Positions 1 to 8,984 of a DNA stretch of 64,000 nt are shown piece by piece. Origin of the DNA: Methanobacteriota archaeon. GTDB taxonomy: Archaea > Halobacteriota > Bog-38 > Methanoflorentales > Methanoflorentaceae. Below the pieces are notes generated by a model, which worked only from the letters and a program-made list of their open reading frames with translations, had not been told where the DNA came from and did no database searches. The stretch is from contig CAVRAO010000008.1 in the NCBI GenBank assembly GCA_963719035.1, positions 160,001-224,000 of the forward strand. Reading direction: 5' to 3'. Both the position numbers and the translations under genes were made by a program. Within the stretch, counting starts at the first letter, position 1. Every line of letters begins with the position of its first letter.

Positions 1-2
1 GA

Positions 3-920
3 GCGGAACAGACCGTCTCACAGTCAAAAAAGCTCTATCGCAGCATTTTTGAACGGATTTTGCAGCTTGGCGATCATGTGGCTGTGTACCCTGCTCACGG
101 CGCAGGAAGCGTTTGCGGACACAATATGAGCACACGGGATATAAGCGTGCTCGGCTACGAACGGCGAATGAATCCGTTACTCCAGCTAGACGAAGAACGT
201 TTCGTGCGCTATTTGACCGGGCTGCACCTTTCACTCCCACCTTACTTCCGTAGAGCGCGTGACCTAAATCTCGAAGGCCCACCGCCGATGCCACATGCTG
301 TTCGCGAGGTCAACCCAGACGAATTTGACAATCTCGTCAAAGGAGGAATAACCGTTATTGATACCCGCGAGCCAGGGGCGTTTGCCAGCTCGCATGTGCC
401 TGGATCACTTAGCATTTGGCTTGACGGCACAAGCTTCTTTCCTGGATGGGTGCTTGGCGTCGATGAGTCAGTCGCGCTCGTGACAGAGAGCCCGTCTGAT
501 GCCGCGGTTGCTCGAACGTATTTGAGCCGGCTCGGCTTTGACGATGTCGCAGCCCACCTCTGCAACGGAATACCCGATTGGCGCAACCGAGGAAAGCCAA
601 TTGCGCGACTCAAGACGTGTTCCGTTGATCTTCTGAAAAAGGCCCTAGATCGGAATGCCGTTAGTGTGCTCGACGTCCGTGAAGAGCCAGAATGGCGGGA
701 GGGGCACATCGAAGGAGCCGCGCACCTCTTTGTCGGCCATCTGCAACAGAATCCAGAGGATATACCGCGGAACAAACCCCTCGCGATCCACTGTTCGTGG
801 GGGGGGCGCGCGAGCCTTGCCGCAAGCATTTTATCGAGACTCGGGCTCGTAAACGTCTACGTCGTTCTTGGCGCGATCAGAGCTTGGAAAAGCCGCGGAT
901 ATCCGCTCAAGCGCGGATAG
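3..920 (+). CDS. MBL-fold metallo-hydrolase / double rhodanese fusion (persulfide dioxygenase-sulfurtransferase-like), 5'-partial
   Basis: Frame is open from the window start. YPAHGAGSVCG MBL C-terminal motif is followed by two rhodanese domains (IDTREP..F..SHVPG; LDVRE..EW..GHIEGA; active-site CSWGGRA). Confidence 0.85.
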   Translation, partial: AEQTVSQSKKLYRSIFERILQLGDHVAVYPAHGAGSVCGHNMSTRDISVLGYERRMNPLLQLDEERFVRYLTGLHLSLPPYFRRARDLNLEGPPPMPHAVREVNPDEFDNLVKGGITVIDTREPGAFASSHVPGSLSIWLDGTSFFPGWVLGVDESVALVTESPSDAAVARTYLSRLGFDDVAAHLCNGIPDWRNRGKPIARLKTCSVDLLKKALDRNAVSVLDVREEPEWREGHIEGAAHLFVGHLQQNPEDIPRNKPLAIHCSWGGRASLAASILSRLGLVNVYVVLGAIRAWKSRGYPLKRG

Positions 921-1125
921 GATTGTGTCCGGGCAATCAATGTGCTCATAGCCGCTCGATGCAAGTTTCTCGATGAAGAGCTCGTCGTTCGTCTTATTTC
1001 TTAAAAACAGCCTTGTATGATAAAAGAGGGGACGATTCCGTTACCATGCAGCTCAGACATCTTGAGCGGCTTTGTACAAAGACTGCGCGAACCGAGACTC
1101 GCCTACGCTACGCAGTGTCGTCTCT

Positions 1126-1482
1126 TCACGTTCGGCGCTGTGTGTCACGCCACGCTGTCATGCCACCTTTCAAAACAAAGACTCGCTCAAATCCCGATTC
1201 CTGAAGCATTCGAGCTGCAGTCTCTGAGCGTTTCCCCGTGCGGCACACAACGATAATACCTTCCCCTTCGCGTTTCGAGAGCTCCCCTATACGCTGTTCA
1301 AGCTGTTGAAGCGGAATGTTCACCGCATCAGGCAATCGTCCCAACTCGCCCTCAAGTTCGTGCGGGGCGCGAACATCGAGCACCAGACATGCCGGCTCCG
1401 TCTTTAGTCTTCGCGCAAGTTCAGCCGGCGTCAAATAGACTAGGCGAATCTTATCACGCGTATTCTGATTCCTATTTACCAC
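1126..1482 (-). CDS. Rhodanese-like domain protein
   Basis: VLDVR..E, AVNIPL, active-site loop CRTGKRS, LKGGMTAW. Confidence 0.85.
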   Translation of the reverse strand: MVNRNQNTRDKIRLVYLTPAELARRLKTEPACLVLDVRAPHELEGELGRLPDAVNIPLQQLEQRIGELSKREGEGIIVVCRTGKRSETAARMLQESGFERVFVLKGGMTAWRDTQRRT

Positions 1483-1569
1483 AGGATCCTCGATTGTGCC
1501 CTCACGGCTTACGATGCCATTCGCCCCCCATGGGGCTTTCTTTACTAAAGCGCTTCAACTGACGTCGAT

Positions 1570-2265
1570 TTACTCTTCGAGCTCTTTATAACAGAACCAA
1601 AAGTCGTAATTATCATACATCTTGACACGTTCTTTGGCAGTCTTTTCGTCGGCTGGTGCAGGAATAAGGACTTTCTTCCCGATAAGCTCATTTTGAGGCC
1701 ATCCCGCGGGCATTGCGACCCCATATTTATCTGCGGTTTGGAGGGCTGTCACGGCCCTAAGTATTTCGTCCATATTTCTGCCGACTTCTTGTGGATAATA
1801 GATTATCAAACGAACGACGCTTTTAGGATCAACGATGAATACTGCGCGCACGGTATTTGACGCCTTACCCGGGTGAATCATTCCCAGCATCGAAGCGACC
1901 TTACCCGTATCAGCAATTATCGGGAACGGAATTTCAACGTCCATGTTCTGTTGGATCCACTCGGTCCACTTCATGTGCGAGATGACTTGATCAATGGACA
2001 GTCCAATGAGTTTGCAGTCTAGCTTCTTAAACTGGTCATACCGTTTGGCGAAGGCCACAAACTCGGTCGTGCACACCGGCGTAAAATCTGCAGGGTGACT
2101 GAAAAGCACGAACCACTTGCCGCTAAAAGCATCAGGCAGCGTCATCTTGCCGTGGGTCGTTTGGACTTCGATTTGCGGGAATTTGTCACCGATTAACGGC
2201 ATTCCTGGCGCAGCTGGTGCGCTTTTTGCTGCGCTCATTCCAGCGCTCGCGGTACTCGATTGCAT
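1570..2265 (-). CDS. Peroxiredoxin (archaeal Prx6/AhpC type)
   Basis: [15 protein letters not shown] peroxidatic motif, [10 protein letters not shown]-terminal DFWFC. Start codon uncertain. Confidence 0.92.
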   Translation of the reverse strand: MQSSTASAGMSAAKSAPAAPGMPLIGDKFPQIEVQTTHGKMTLPDAFSGKWFVLFSHPADFTPVCTTEFVAFAKRYDQFKKLDCKLIGLSIDQVISHMKWTEWIQQNMDVEIPFPIIADTGKVASMLGMIHPGKASNTVRAVFIVDPKSVVRLIIYYPQEVGRNMDEILRAVTALQTADKYGVAMPAGWPQNELIGKKVLIPAPADEKTAKERVKMYDNYDFWFCYKELEE

Positions 2266-2889
2266 ACAATCCGATTTCAAAGCGCGCATATATATACATT
2301 ATACAAAACCGTGAGCAGCGCGAGCCAAATCATGAAGCGAAAGAAACGTTGCACCTCACTACATGCACGAGCAGCTTCCCATTTGTGTGAGAGAGATGGG
2401 GAGGAGCGACCTGTGAGAGTTATCAAACGAAAAAAAGTCTTTGAAGTGTCCGACGTGTCCGGTCGTGCAATGTTGCACGCCCTTGGAGCAATCACTACAT
2501 GTTCGGTTCGCTGCGTTCAGGATACGTTCCAACGTTTTTTTAAACAGCCCGTGCCCAAGAGCGCGCCTTCGGGCTTTTTCTTGGTCCTTTGCCCAGTCTA
2601 GCCCGCGGCTGAAGCGAAAAGAGCGTTCTTTGGCGTTAACGGCGTGCTGGTGAGTTTGTCCACGCGCACTTCTAAGGAGAGAAGCGACTCGTCGACAAGC
2701 CGAACCGTCTGGTATTGTCCGTGTCGAGCGGCGCCACTAAAAACAAGTTTAAGAAGCGCTCAATCTGGCAATTTGCGGGTAATTCACTAATTAACAGCAT
2801 CAAAACGTTTTTATACCTTAGAAAAAGATTAATTACAGCACAGATGAATAGCGAAAGCTCTTATCCGTGCTACGTAAAGGAGATGAATC

Positions 2890-3468
2890 ATGAAAAAAAT
2901 AGCCATTTCTCTATTGGTACTGGCTCTTGTGGCTGCATTTTCAGCGACGGGCGTAGTGTCAGCGGCAACCTGTGCTGCAACGACGACTGCCTGTCCATCG
3001 ACCACGAGCGCTCAGTGCACCAGCTGCGTCACGTCAACGTGCTGCTGCTGTCCGTGCCCGGTAGTAACGTGCTGTCCAGTAGTCACGACCTGTGTCGTCA
3101 CCAAGTGCTGTGAAGTCAAGACTGAAGTCAAGGCAGCAGCCTGGGTACACCCACCAATCAAGGCAGCTGCTGGCGCAGTCGCAACGGATGGCGCCGCCGC
3201 AACCACTGGCGGACAAGCTGTCAACCAACAGATCGCGCAAAGCAACACCGCCAACGCCGCCATTAACGGCGATAACAACATTGTCACCTTCAACCAAGGG
3301 AACATCGCTGGCCAAATCGCAGTTCCGGTACAAATCGACATCAAGGACATAACGATCAACCCGGCCTTGGCGTGGAACGGTGGACAGATTGGCGACCGCA
3401 CCAACAGCAATAACGAAGAAGAAGTCGTAGTCGTAGTACCACCCGCGGCACTACCCGTGGCGCCCTAA
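2890..3468 (+). CDS. Secreted Cys/Thr-rich protein with Gln/Asn-rich chaplin/curlin-like C-terminus (copy 1)
   Basis: SD AAGGAG; signal peptide MKKIAISLLVLALVAAFSATGVVSA; 14 Cys in ~50 aa (TCCCCPCPVVTCC); Q/N-rich region; terminator follows. Confidence 0.8.
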   Translation: MKKIAISLLVLALVAAFSATGVVSAATCAATTTACPSTTSAQCTSCVTSTCCCCPCPVVTCCPVVTTCVVTKCCEVKTEVKAAAWVHPPIKAAAGAVATDGAAATTGGQAVNQQIAQSNTANAAINGDNNIVTFNQGNIAGQIAVPVQIDIKDITINPALAWNGGQIGDRTNSNNEEEVVVVVPPAALPVAP

Positions 3469-3489
3469 AACGTTAGTTGATTTCGATTT

Positions 3490-3520
3490 AAGCCAGGGAT
3501 AACCTGGCTTCCTTTTTTTT
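3490..3520 (+). terminator. Hairpin plus U-tract terminator
   Basis: AAGCCAGG-gataa-CCTGGCTT then T8. Confidence 0.75.
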
Positions 3521-3775
3521 ACTATTATTGCAGTTAGCTCTGCTTTGATGAGCAGTTGACAAGCGTTGCCGTAGCGGCTTGTGCCGTTTAACGAGAGACA
3601 TTTACGTCAGCTTTAAATGCCTGGGCGTCCAAAACCCCTTGAATTTATCTCGCCCTACGATCACGGAGGGGCACGAGCACCGCAGCAGCCTCACGTAAGA
3701 GAGGAGCTGCGTTAAAAGCGGTTAAAGGGATCTCACGCAGCGTATTAAGAAAGCGTATTAAGCCGACAAGAAGGG

Positions 3776-5074
3776 GTGAAGGGAACGTTGGAAAACCGAA
3801 CGAAAGCGCCGTACTCGGACCAACAAAAATATCCCTCACGCGGCGAAGCAAGGCTGTTCCCTAACGTTCAGTTTATTTATGAGCTTGTCTTAGCGCAGCT
3901 CGAGCTGCATTCTCTCAGTGCTGCTTTTGAGATGGATGATGAGCTTTCAGGCGTAACACTGCGCAACGCCGGAGACGATCAGCGACTAAAAAGGCGGCTC
4001 GCATATTTTCAGACGGTCAACGGAGAGCACACCGACTACTTCTACATTTCACGAAAAAATAGGACGCGATCGGTCAATCAGTATCTGACTCACTGGATCT
4101 ACCCCTACAAGGGTAAGTTCCATCCACAGATGATCAGAGCAGCGCTCAACATTATCGGAATGGAACCGGGAGAAACGGTCTTAGACCCCTTCGTCGGAAG
4201 CGGAACGACGGCACTTGAAGCGCAGTTGCTCGGTGTTAACTGCGTTGGCTTTGATGCATCGCCACTGTGCGTCCTCCAAAGCAGGGTCAAGACTGCGTCA
4301 CATGAAGCCATCAAGGAAATAAGAGACCAATGTGAAGCGCTTATGGCACTCAACCAGGCAGAAATGGCATTGGACGGAAAGGCTCTGAACCCTTTTACAT
4401 CAATTGCTGATCAAAGGGTTCAAGATTTCTTTCGATTGGCAAAGCTCGTCGCGCTGAGCGACAGCGTTCGGCGTCGAAAAGACTCATCGATGGCATTTGG
4501 CTCACGTACAAGATTAATGACGAAGTCGATTATGGATTATGATCAAATACGAACAGAACTCAAACTCTCACTGGGACGCGCAACGATCGAACAAGGGGAC
4601 GCACGCGCGCTGCTCTTACGCGATGAAAGCATCGACGGTATCATCACGTCCCCGCCTTATGCCATAGCACTTGATTATATCAAGAACGATGCTCACGCGC
4701 TTGAGGCCCTCGGACTGGACATACGTGAGATGCGCGAGCAGTTCGTCGGTTTGCGAGGTCCAATGAATGACCGGGTAGAGCTCTATGATGAGGACCTGAA
4801 GAAGAGTTTGGATGAGATGATGCGAGTGCTGAAGCCGAACAGATATGCGTTTATCGTTATCGGAAATGCCGTTTACAAGGGACGGACACTCGAATCAGTC
4901 GAGCTCATAGTCAAACATGCAAACAAGATAGGATTGCGTCTCACAAATAGGATCAACAAGACTATCTTTGGCCTCTACAACGTGATGCGAAGCGAAACAG
5001 TTTTAATCTTCAAAAAGGATAAAGACTGTAACAACACAGATGACGGGAAAAAGCCCCGCTCTGTGTTAAGTTAA
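3776..5074 (+). CDS. Orphan DNA methyltransferase (amino-MTase, SPPY type)
   Basis: THWIYPYKGKFHPQM, motif I DPFVGSGTT, motif IV TSPPY; no adjacent restriction endonuclease recognised. Confidence 0.85.
   Translation: MKGTLENRTKAPYSDQQKYPSRGEARLFPNVQFIYELVLAQLELHSLSAAFEMDDELSGVTLRNAGDDQRLKRRLAYFQTVNGEHTDYFYISRKNRTRSVNQYLTHWIYPYKGKFHPQMIRAALNIIGMEPGETVLDPFVGSGTTALEAQLLGVNCVGFDASPLCVLQSRVKTASHEAIKEIRDQCEALMALNQAEMALDGKALNPFTSIADQRVQDFFRLAKLVALSDSVRRRKDSSMAFGSRTRLMTKSIMDYDQIRTELKLSLGRATIEQGDARALLLRDESIDGIITSPPYAIALDYIKNDAHALEALGLDIREMREQFVGLRGPMNDRVELYDEDLKKSLDEMMRVLKPNRYAFIVIGNAVYKGRTLESVELIVKHANKIGLRLTNRINKTIFGLYNVMRSETVLIFKKDKDCNNTDDGKKPRSVLS
4979..5029 (+). repeat. 51-bp imperfect direct repeat, left copy (inside MTase 3' end)
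   Basis: 43/51 identical to 5789..5839; encodes NVMRSETVLIFKKDKDC. Confidence 0.8.
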
Positions 5075-5085
5075 GGAGATGAATC

Positions 5086-5646
5086 ATGATGAAGAAAATA
5101 GCCATTTCTCTATTGGTACTAGCTCTTGTGGCTGCATTTTCAGCGACGGGCGTAGTGTCAGCGGCAACCTGTGCTGCAACGACGACTGCCTGTCCATCGA
5201 CCACGAGCGCTCAGTGCACCAGCTGCGTCACGTCAACGTGCTGCTGCTGTCCGTGCCCGGTAGTAACGTGCTGTCCAGTAGTCACGACCTGTGTCGTCAC
5301 CAAGTGCTGTGAAGTCAAGACTGAAGTCAAGGCAGCAGCCTGGGTACACCCACCAATCAAGGCAGCTGCTGGCGCAGTCGCAACGGATGGCGCCGCCGCA
5401 ACCACTGGCGGACAAGCTGTCAACCAACAGATCACGCAAAGCAACACAGCCAACGTCGCCATTGACGGCGACAACAACGCTGTCGAAATCAACCAAGGGA
5501 ACATCGCTGGCCAAATCGCAGTTCCGATAAAAATCGACATCAAGGACATAACGATCAACCCGGCCTTGGCGTGGAACGGTGGACAGATTGGCGACCGCAC
5601 CGACAGCAACAACGAAGTAGAGGTCTTAGAAATCGGAGACGGCTGA
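5086..5646 (+). CDS. Secreted Cys/Thr-rich protein with chaplin/curlin-like C-terminus (copy 2)
   Basis: Paralog of 2890..3468; first ~115 aa identical, Q/N region variant, different tail. Confidence 0.8.
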   Translation: MMKKIAISLLVLALVAAFSATGVVSAATCAATTTACPSTTSAQCTSCVTSTCCCCPCPVVTCCPVVTTCVVTKCCEVKTEVKAAAWVHPPIKAAAGAVATDGAAATTGGQAVNQQITQSNTANVAIDGDNNAVEINQGNIAGQIAVPIKIDIKDITINPALAWNGGQIGDRTDSNNEVEVLEIGDG

Positions 5647-5669
5647 TAAAGCGTTAGTTGAATAGATTT

Positions 5670-5699
5670 AAGCCAGGAATAACCTGGCTTCCTTTTTTT
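5670..5699 (+). terminator. Hairpin plus U-tract terminator
   Basis: AAGCCAGG-aataa-CCTGGCTT then T7. Confidence 0.75.
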
Positions 5700-5788
5700 A
5701 TATTGTTGTAGTTAGCTCTGCTTTTGTTATCAGTTTTAAACGTTGCCGAAGCGGCTTATGCCGCTAACTATGTTAAAAAACAACAAAA

Positions 5789-5845
5789 AACGTAATGCAA
5801 AGGGAAAAAGTTTTAATCTTCAAGAAGGATGAAGAGTGCACTTAA
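5789..5845 (+). repeat. 51-bp direct repeat, right copy (displaced MTase C-terminus with stop)
   Basis: Reads NVMQREKVLIFKKDEECT* in one frame; preceded by the A-rich tract AAAAAACAACAAAAAA. Confidence 0.8.
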
Positions 5846-5863
5846 CGCCCTGAACCAGAATCC

Positions 5864-6172
5864 ATGCGAGCACTTATCGTGTACCCGTGGCAGGTGGAAG
5901 AATTTATCCAGTGGTTAGAGCCGGACGTTTCGAGATGGCCGATTGACAACGTGAAGGCAGCACTGACCAAAGTGTCCTATGAAGAGCTCATTAAGCTTCA
6001 CGTGGTTCCAGCGCTTTCCAGGTACGACGCGCTCAGATGGTTTGAAGATGGCAGGCTCGTTGGCAGTAAAAACAACGGGTCTCAAGAGATCTTAAATAAC
6101 TTTAAGGACTACCGCTTCAACGGCTTGTTCTACTCGGGTCTGTTCGACACCGAGGGCGAACCGGATTGGTGA
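5864..6172 (+). CDS. Hypothetical protein
   Basis: 102-aa ATG ORF with protein-like composition; no recognised motif. Confidence 0.45.
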   Translation: MRALIVYPWQVEEFIQWLEPDVSRWPIDNVKAALTKVSYEELIKLHVVPALSRYDALRWFEDGRLVGSKNNGSQEILNNFKDYRFNGLFYSGLFDTEGEPDW

Positions 6173-6224
6173 CTTTTTAAACCGCGCGCAGATTGACCAA
6201 AGCACGCGTTGACTGCCGTGGGCA

Positions 6225-6689
6225 TTATTTCCTGAGCGTTTCTAAAGTCTGTTTGACGGCGTCAACATGACCGCCAACCTTTACTTTTCGCCACTCGTGC
6301 GCCAGCTTCCCTTGTGGAGTGATCAGAAACGTGCTACGTTCAATGCCGTAATATTCCCGTCCGTACATGCGTTTTAGTTTCCAGACGCCATATTTTTCCG
6401 CCACTTCGTGATCTTCGTCACTCAGCAGCAACACGCCAAGCTTGTGTTTTTCAGCGAATTTCTGATGACTGGCAGGCGAATCCGGGCTAATCCCGATGAC
6501 TACTGCGTTGTGCTTCGCAAAGTCTGGGAGTTGTTCGCTAAACTCTATCGCCTCTCGTGTGCAGCCACTTGTGTTATCTTTAGGGTAGAAGTAAAGAACA
6601 ATCCATTTGCCCGTAAAATCGCTTAAACATTGTTGCTTGCCTGTGCGATCGGGGAGGCAGAACAAAGGCACTTCAGAACCGATTTCCAT
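6225..6689 (-). CDS. bcp: Thioredoxin-dependent thiol peroxidase (BCP/PrxQ)
   Basis: VLYFYPKDNTSGCTREA, GISPD, YGIERSTFLI; start trimmed to MEIGSEVP. Confidence 0.9.
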   Translation of the reverse strand: MEIGSEVPLFCLPDRTGKQQCLSDFTGKWIVLYFYPKDNTSGCTREAIEFSEQLPDFAKHNAVVIGISPDSPASHQKFAEKHKLGVLLLSDEDHEVAEKYGVWKLKRMYGREYYGIERSTFLITPQGKLAHEWRKVKVGGHVDAVKQTLETLRK

Positions 6690-7010
6690 TTTACACCTCA
6701 AAACCACTGCTCGCTCTGTTTGCGAACAACGCTTTACGCATGAATATAGGGGTATCATAACCTTCATAAGAATTACGTGCCTCCTGTCCTTTTTCAAACA
6801 GCGTAAGCATGTGTTTTAGTGTTCCGCTAACGGTTCAATCGATGCGGTGCCAAGCGTCTGAGGTAGTTTTAGCTCGTTCTAAGCGAAGGAACGACTTATA
6901 AATGTTTGTGGCAGCCTAAGACAGTCACGTTCGTATTCGACAGCATATAACTGAGCTATATATGAAAAACACTTATTGCGTTGTGACAATCGTTACAAGC
7001 GTGAAGACTT

Positions 7011-7289
7011 ATGCTAAATCCACTCTTGCACGACGGCCCTGCTGAAGTAGCGTTGATGACTGATCTGCAAAAAGAGGTTTTCAAAAGCATTAATGAAGCG
7101 AGCGGCGAAGGCCTTCGCTTGTGGCAGGTGCAGAAGAAGGTTTCTGGGTCGAAGTCACAAGTGCAAGAAGCGCTCCACGAGTTACTGGCGGCAGGCTATA
7201 TCGGGATTCTGTCAATGGGCGGGGGGCCCAAATACCATAAGATTGCCTCAAAAGCTTACATCTTGGCAGCGCTGGACGCAAATCGCTGA
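7011..7289 (+). CDS. Small winged-helix-like protein
   Basis: Q-K-E-V-F helix, SKSQVQEALHELLAAGYI pattern typical of wHTH. Confidence 0.5.
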   Translation: MLNPLLHDGPAEVALMTDLQKEVFKSINEASGEGLRLWQVQKKVSGSKSQVQEALHELLAAGYIGILSMGGGPKYHKIASKAYILAALDANR

Positions 7290-7365
7290 GACTCGCCAAC
7301 GATTCTCTTCCGACGCGTTAGCGGATTGGCTTTGCAATTTGTGCGTGTCCTTGATGGCTCCTCTA

Positions 7366-8172
7366 TTATGCTAATACAAAGCTAAACAACACAATTCTCT
7401 GCCTCGCATCGCGCTGGGAGATCAGCCCAAAATGAGCCTGCTTGTATCTAAAACGTTGATAACCTTCAGGCCCCGCAATTCCCACTCGTACGAGGTAGCT
7501 TGTATCTAAATCGCGCGCGATTCCACGTGAAGCCACTTCGTATCCGGCGTACCGATGGTGCTCCAAGCGCATCATTGCGAGAACGTTGCCTCGTCGGTCG
7601 GAGAACACCGCCGCATCGTGATCGTGTCCACAGAGGATAACGTATCCAATCCCGCACCTTTCCTTGACGTATTCGAAGGCTTCTGCTGGTTTGTAGTGGT
7701 ACCCGCTTGCGTCGATGTACGACCTTGACGAGATGCGTTGCCACGACCGATGATAGAGCCACCCGGCGCCGAGTCTGTGCGGGTCGATCGGGCCTCCATG
7801 AACGGCGAGAATCCGATTATCCTCGCTGATGTAGCAGTCGGGAAGCGCCTCCAGAAAAGATGCGTATGCGTCCAAGTTGGTGTGCGCCTGCCTGCTTCTA
7901 GCGTCACTGCCGGATAATGGATAACCTAAGAGCAGCGCTTCATCGTGATTCCCGAGCAAGGAGACGACGGGGCGTGTTTTTTCGAGCTCTCGCAACGTGT
8001 CGATGACCTCTCTCGGATGATAGCCGCGCTCGACCGTATCGCCGAGGTTGAGGATCAGTTCCACTTCGGAGTACTTCCGCACGTATCGCTTGTCGGCAGT
8101 AATGTTGAGGATTGCCTCGAGCGCGCGTATGTCGGCGTGCACATCCGATATGACTAGTATGGACACGTCCAA
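7366..8172 (-). CDS. Calcineurin-like metallophosphoesterase
   Basis: ISDVH, LGDTV, GNHD, AVHGGP, CGHDH motifs. Confidence 0.9.
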   Translation of the reverse strand: MDVSILVISDVHADIRALEAILNITADKRYVRKYSEVELILNLGDTVERGYHPREVIDTLRELEKTRPVVSLLGNHDEALLLGYPLSGSDARSRQAHTNLDAYASFLEALPDCYISEDNRILAVHGGPIDPHRLGAGWLYHRSWQRISSRSYIDASGYHYKPAEAFEYVKERCGIGYVILCGHDHDAAVFSDRRGNVLAMMRLEHHRYAGYEVASRGIARDLDTSYLVRVGIAGPEGYQRFRYKQAHFGLISQRDARQRIVLFSFVLA

Positions 8173-8984
8173 GCTCCTCTTGACGCACTTGAAGACTTAA
8201 AGCCGCTTTGACGTCTGTTGTGCGTTGAGATCTACTTTGCCATAATGCACGGTTGTGGCCGTATAGTCGCCTACGTCAGTATCGCAGCTTTCACGTTTGT
8301 CTTATGTTCAAAGGATTAAGCGCACCAAAACCGTTCCAAAACCACACCATTTTTTTTTGTTACGGATTGAATTGCAGAGGAAATACTTCCTGTCTAGAGG
8401 CGTGGTCGGTAGTGAGGACAATCTGAGTTAAACAAAGTAATTAATGATATGCGCTTTTTTATATTAATCTATATATATAACAAGGAGCCCAGCCGTACTC
8501 AGATGTAAATTGTCGGGCGCTGAAATGAGGCTGCTCTGTTAATCTTTACAAATTTAAAGCTCACATCTTTTTTTTAAATTGTCTAACGCCCAAACGTGAA
8601 ACATTAACTTGTTGCACAACATAGGGGTAATCGCTATTCTTTGATGCAGAGGGTTCAGCAAACCCCGTCTCCTCGGTATCGGCGGCCGGCTGGTGAGCTG
8701 TGACGCTGGGCAGAACGCGGAATAATGCTGAGAACGACGTTTTTAGATGCAACGCTCGAGCTTGCCGACCGCATTAGGGGCGGCGTTCACGCGAGCGAAT
8801 CGACGTCTAAAAAACGTCGACAGATACACAAAGAGAGCAGTGATACAATGAGACTGCACGGGACACAGACTAAGCGAGGCCAATCACGCCCTGCGTCCGT
8901 TGCGATACGCAACTGCGACACGCGGCGTGGCCTCTATGTACCGCACATTGACCAGCGTGGCACAAAGACGACGGAGTCTGGGGT

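Larger units (their letters stand above)
2834..3592 (+). repeat. Copy 1 of ~750-bp duplicated unit (leader hairpin, Cys-rich gene, terminator, tail)
   Basis: Aligns with 5030..5768, including an identical block of ~310 bp in the CDS and diverged UTRs. Confidence 0.9.
5030..5768 (+). repeat. Copy 2 of ~750-bp duplicated unit
   Basis: Aligns with 2834..3592. Confidence 0.9.

Noticed and set aside
2890-5646. Diversity-generating retroelement TR/VR pair
   Set aside because: Differences are not confined to adenines, both copies are full genes, and there is no reverse transcriptase in the window
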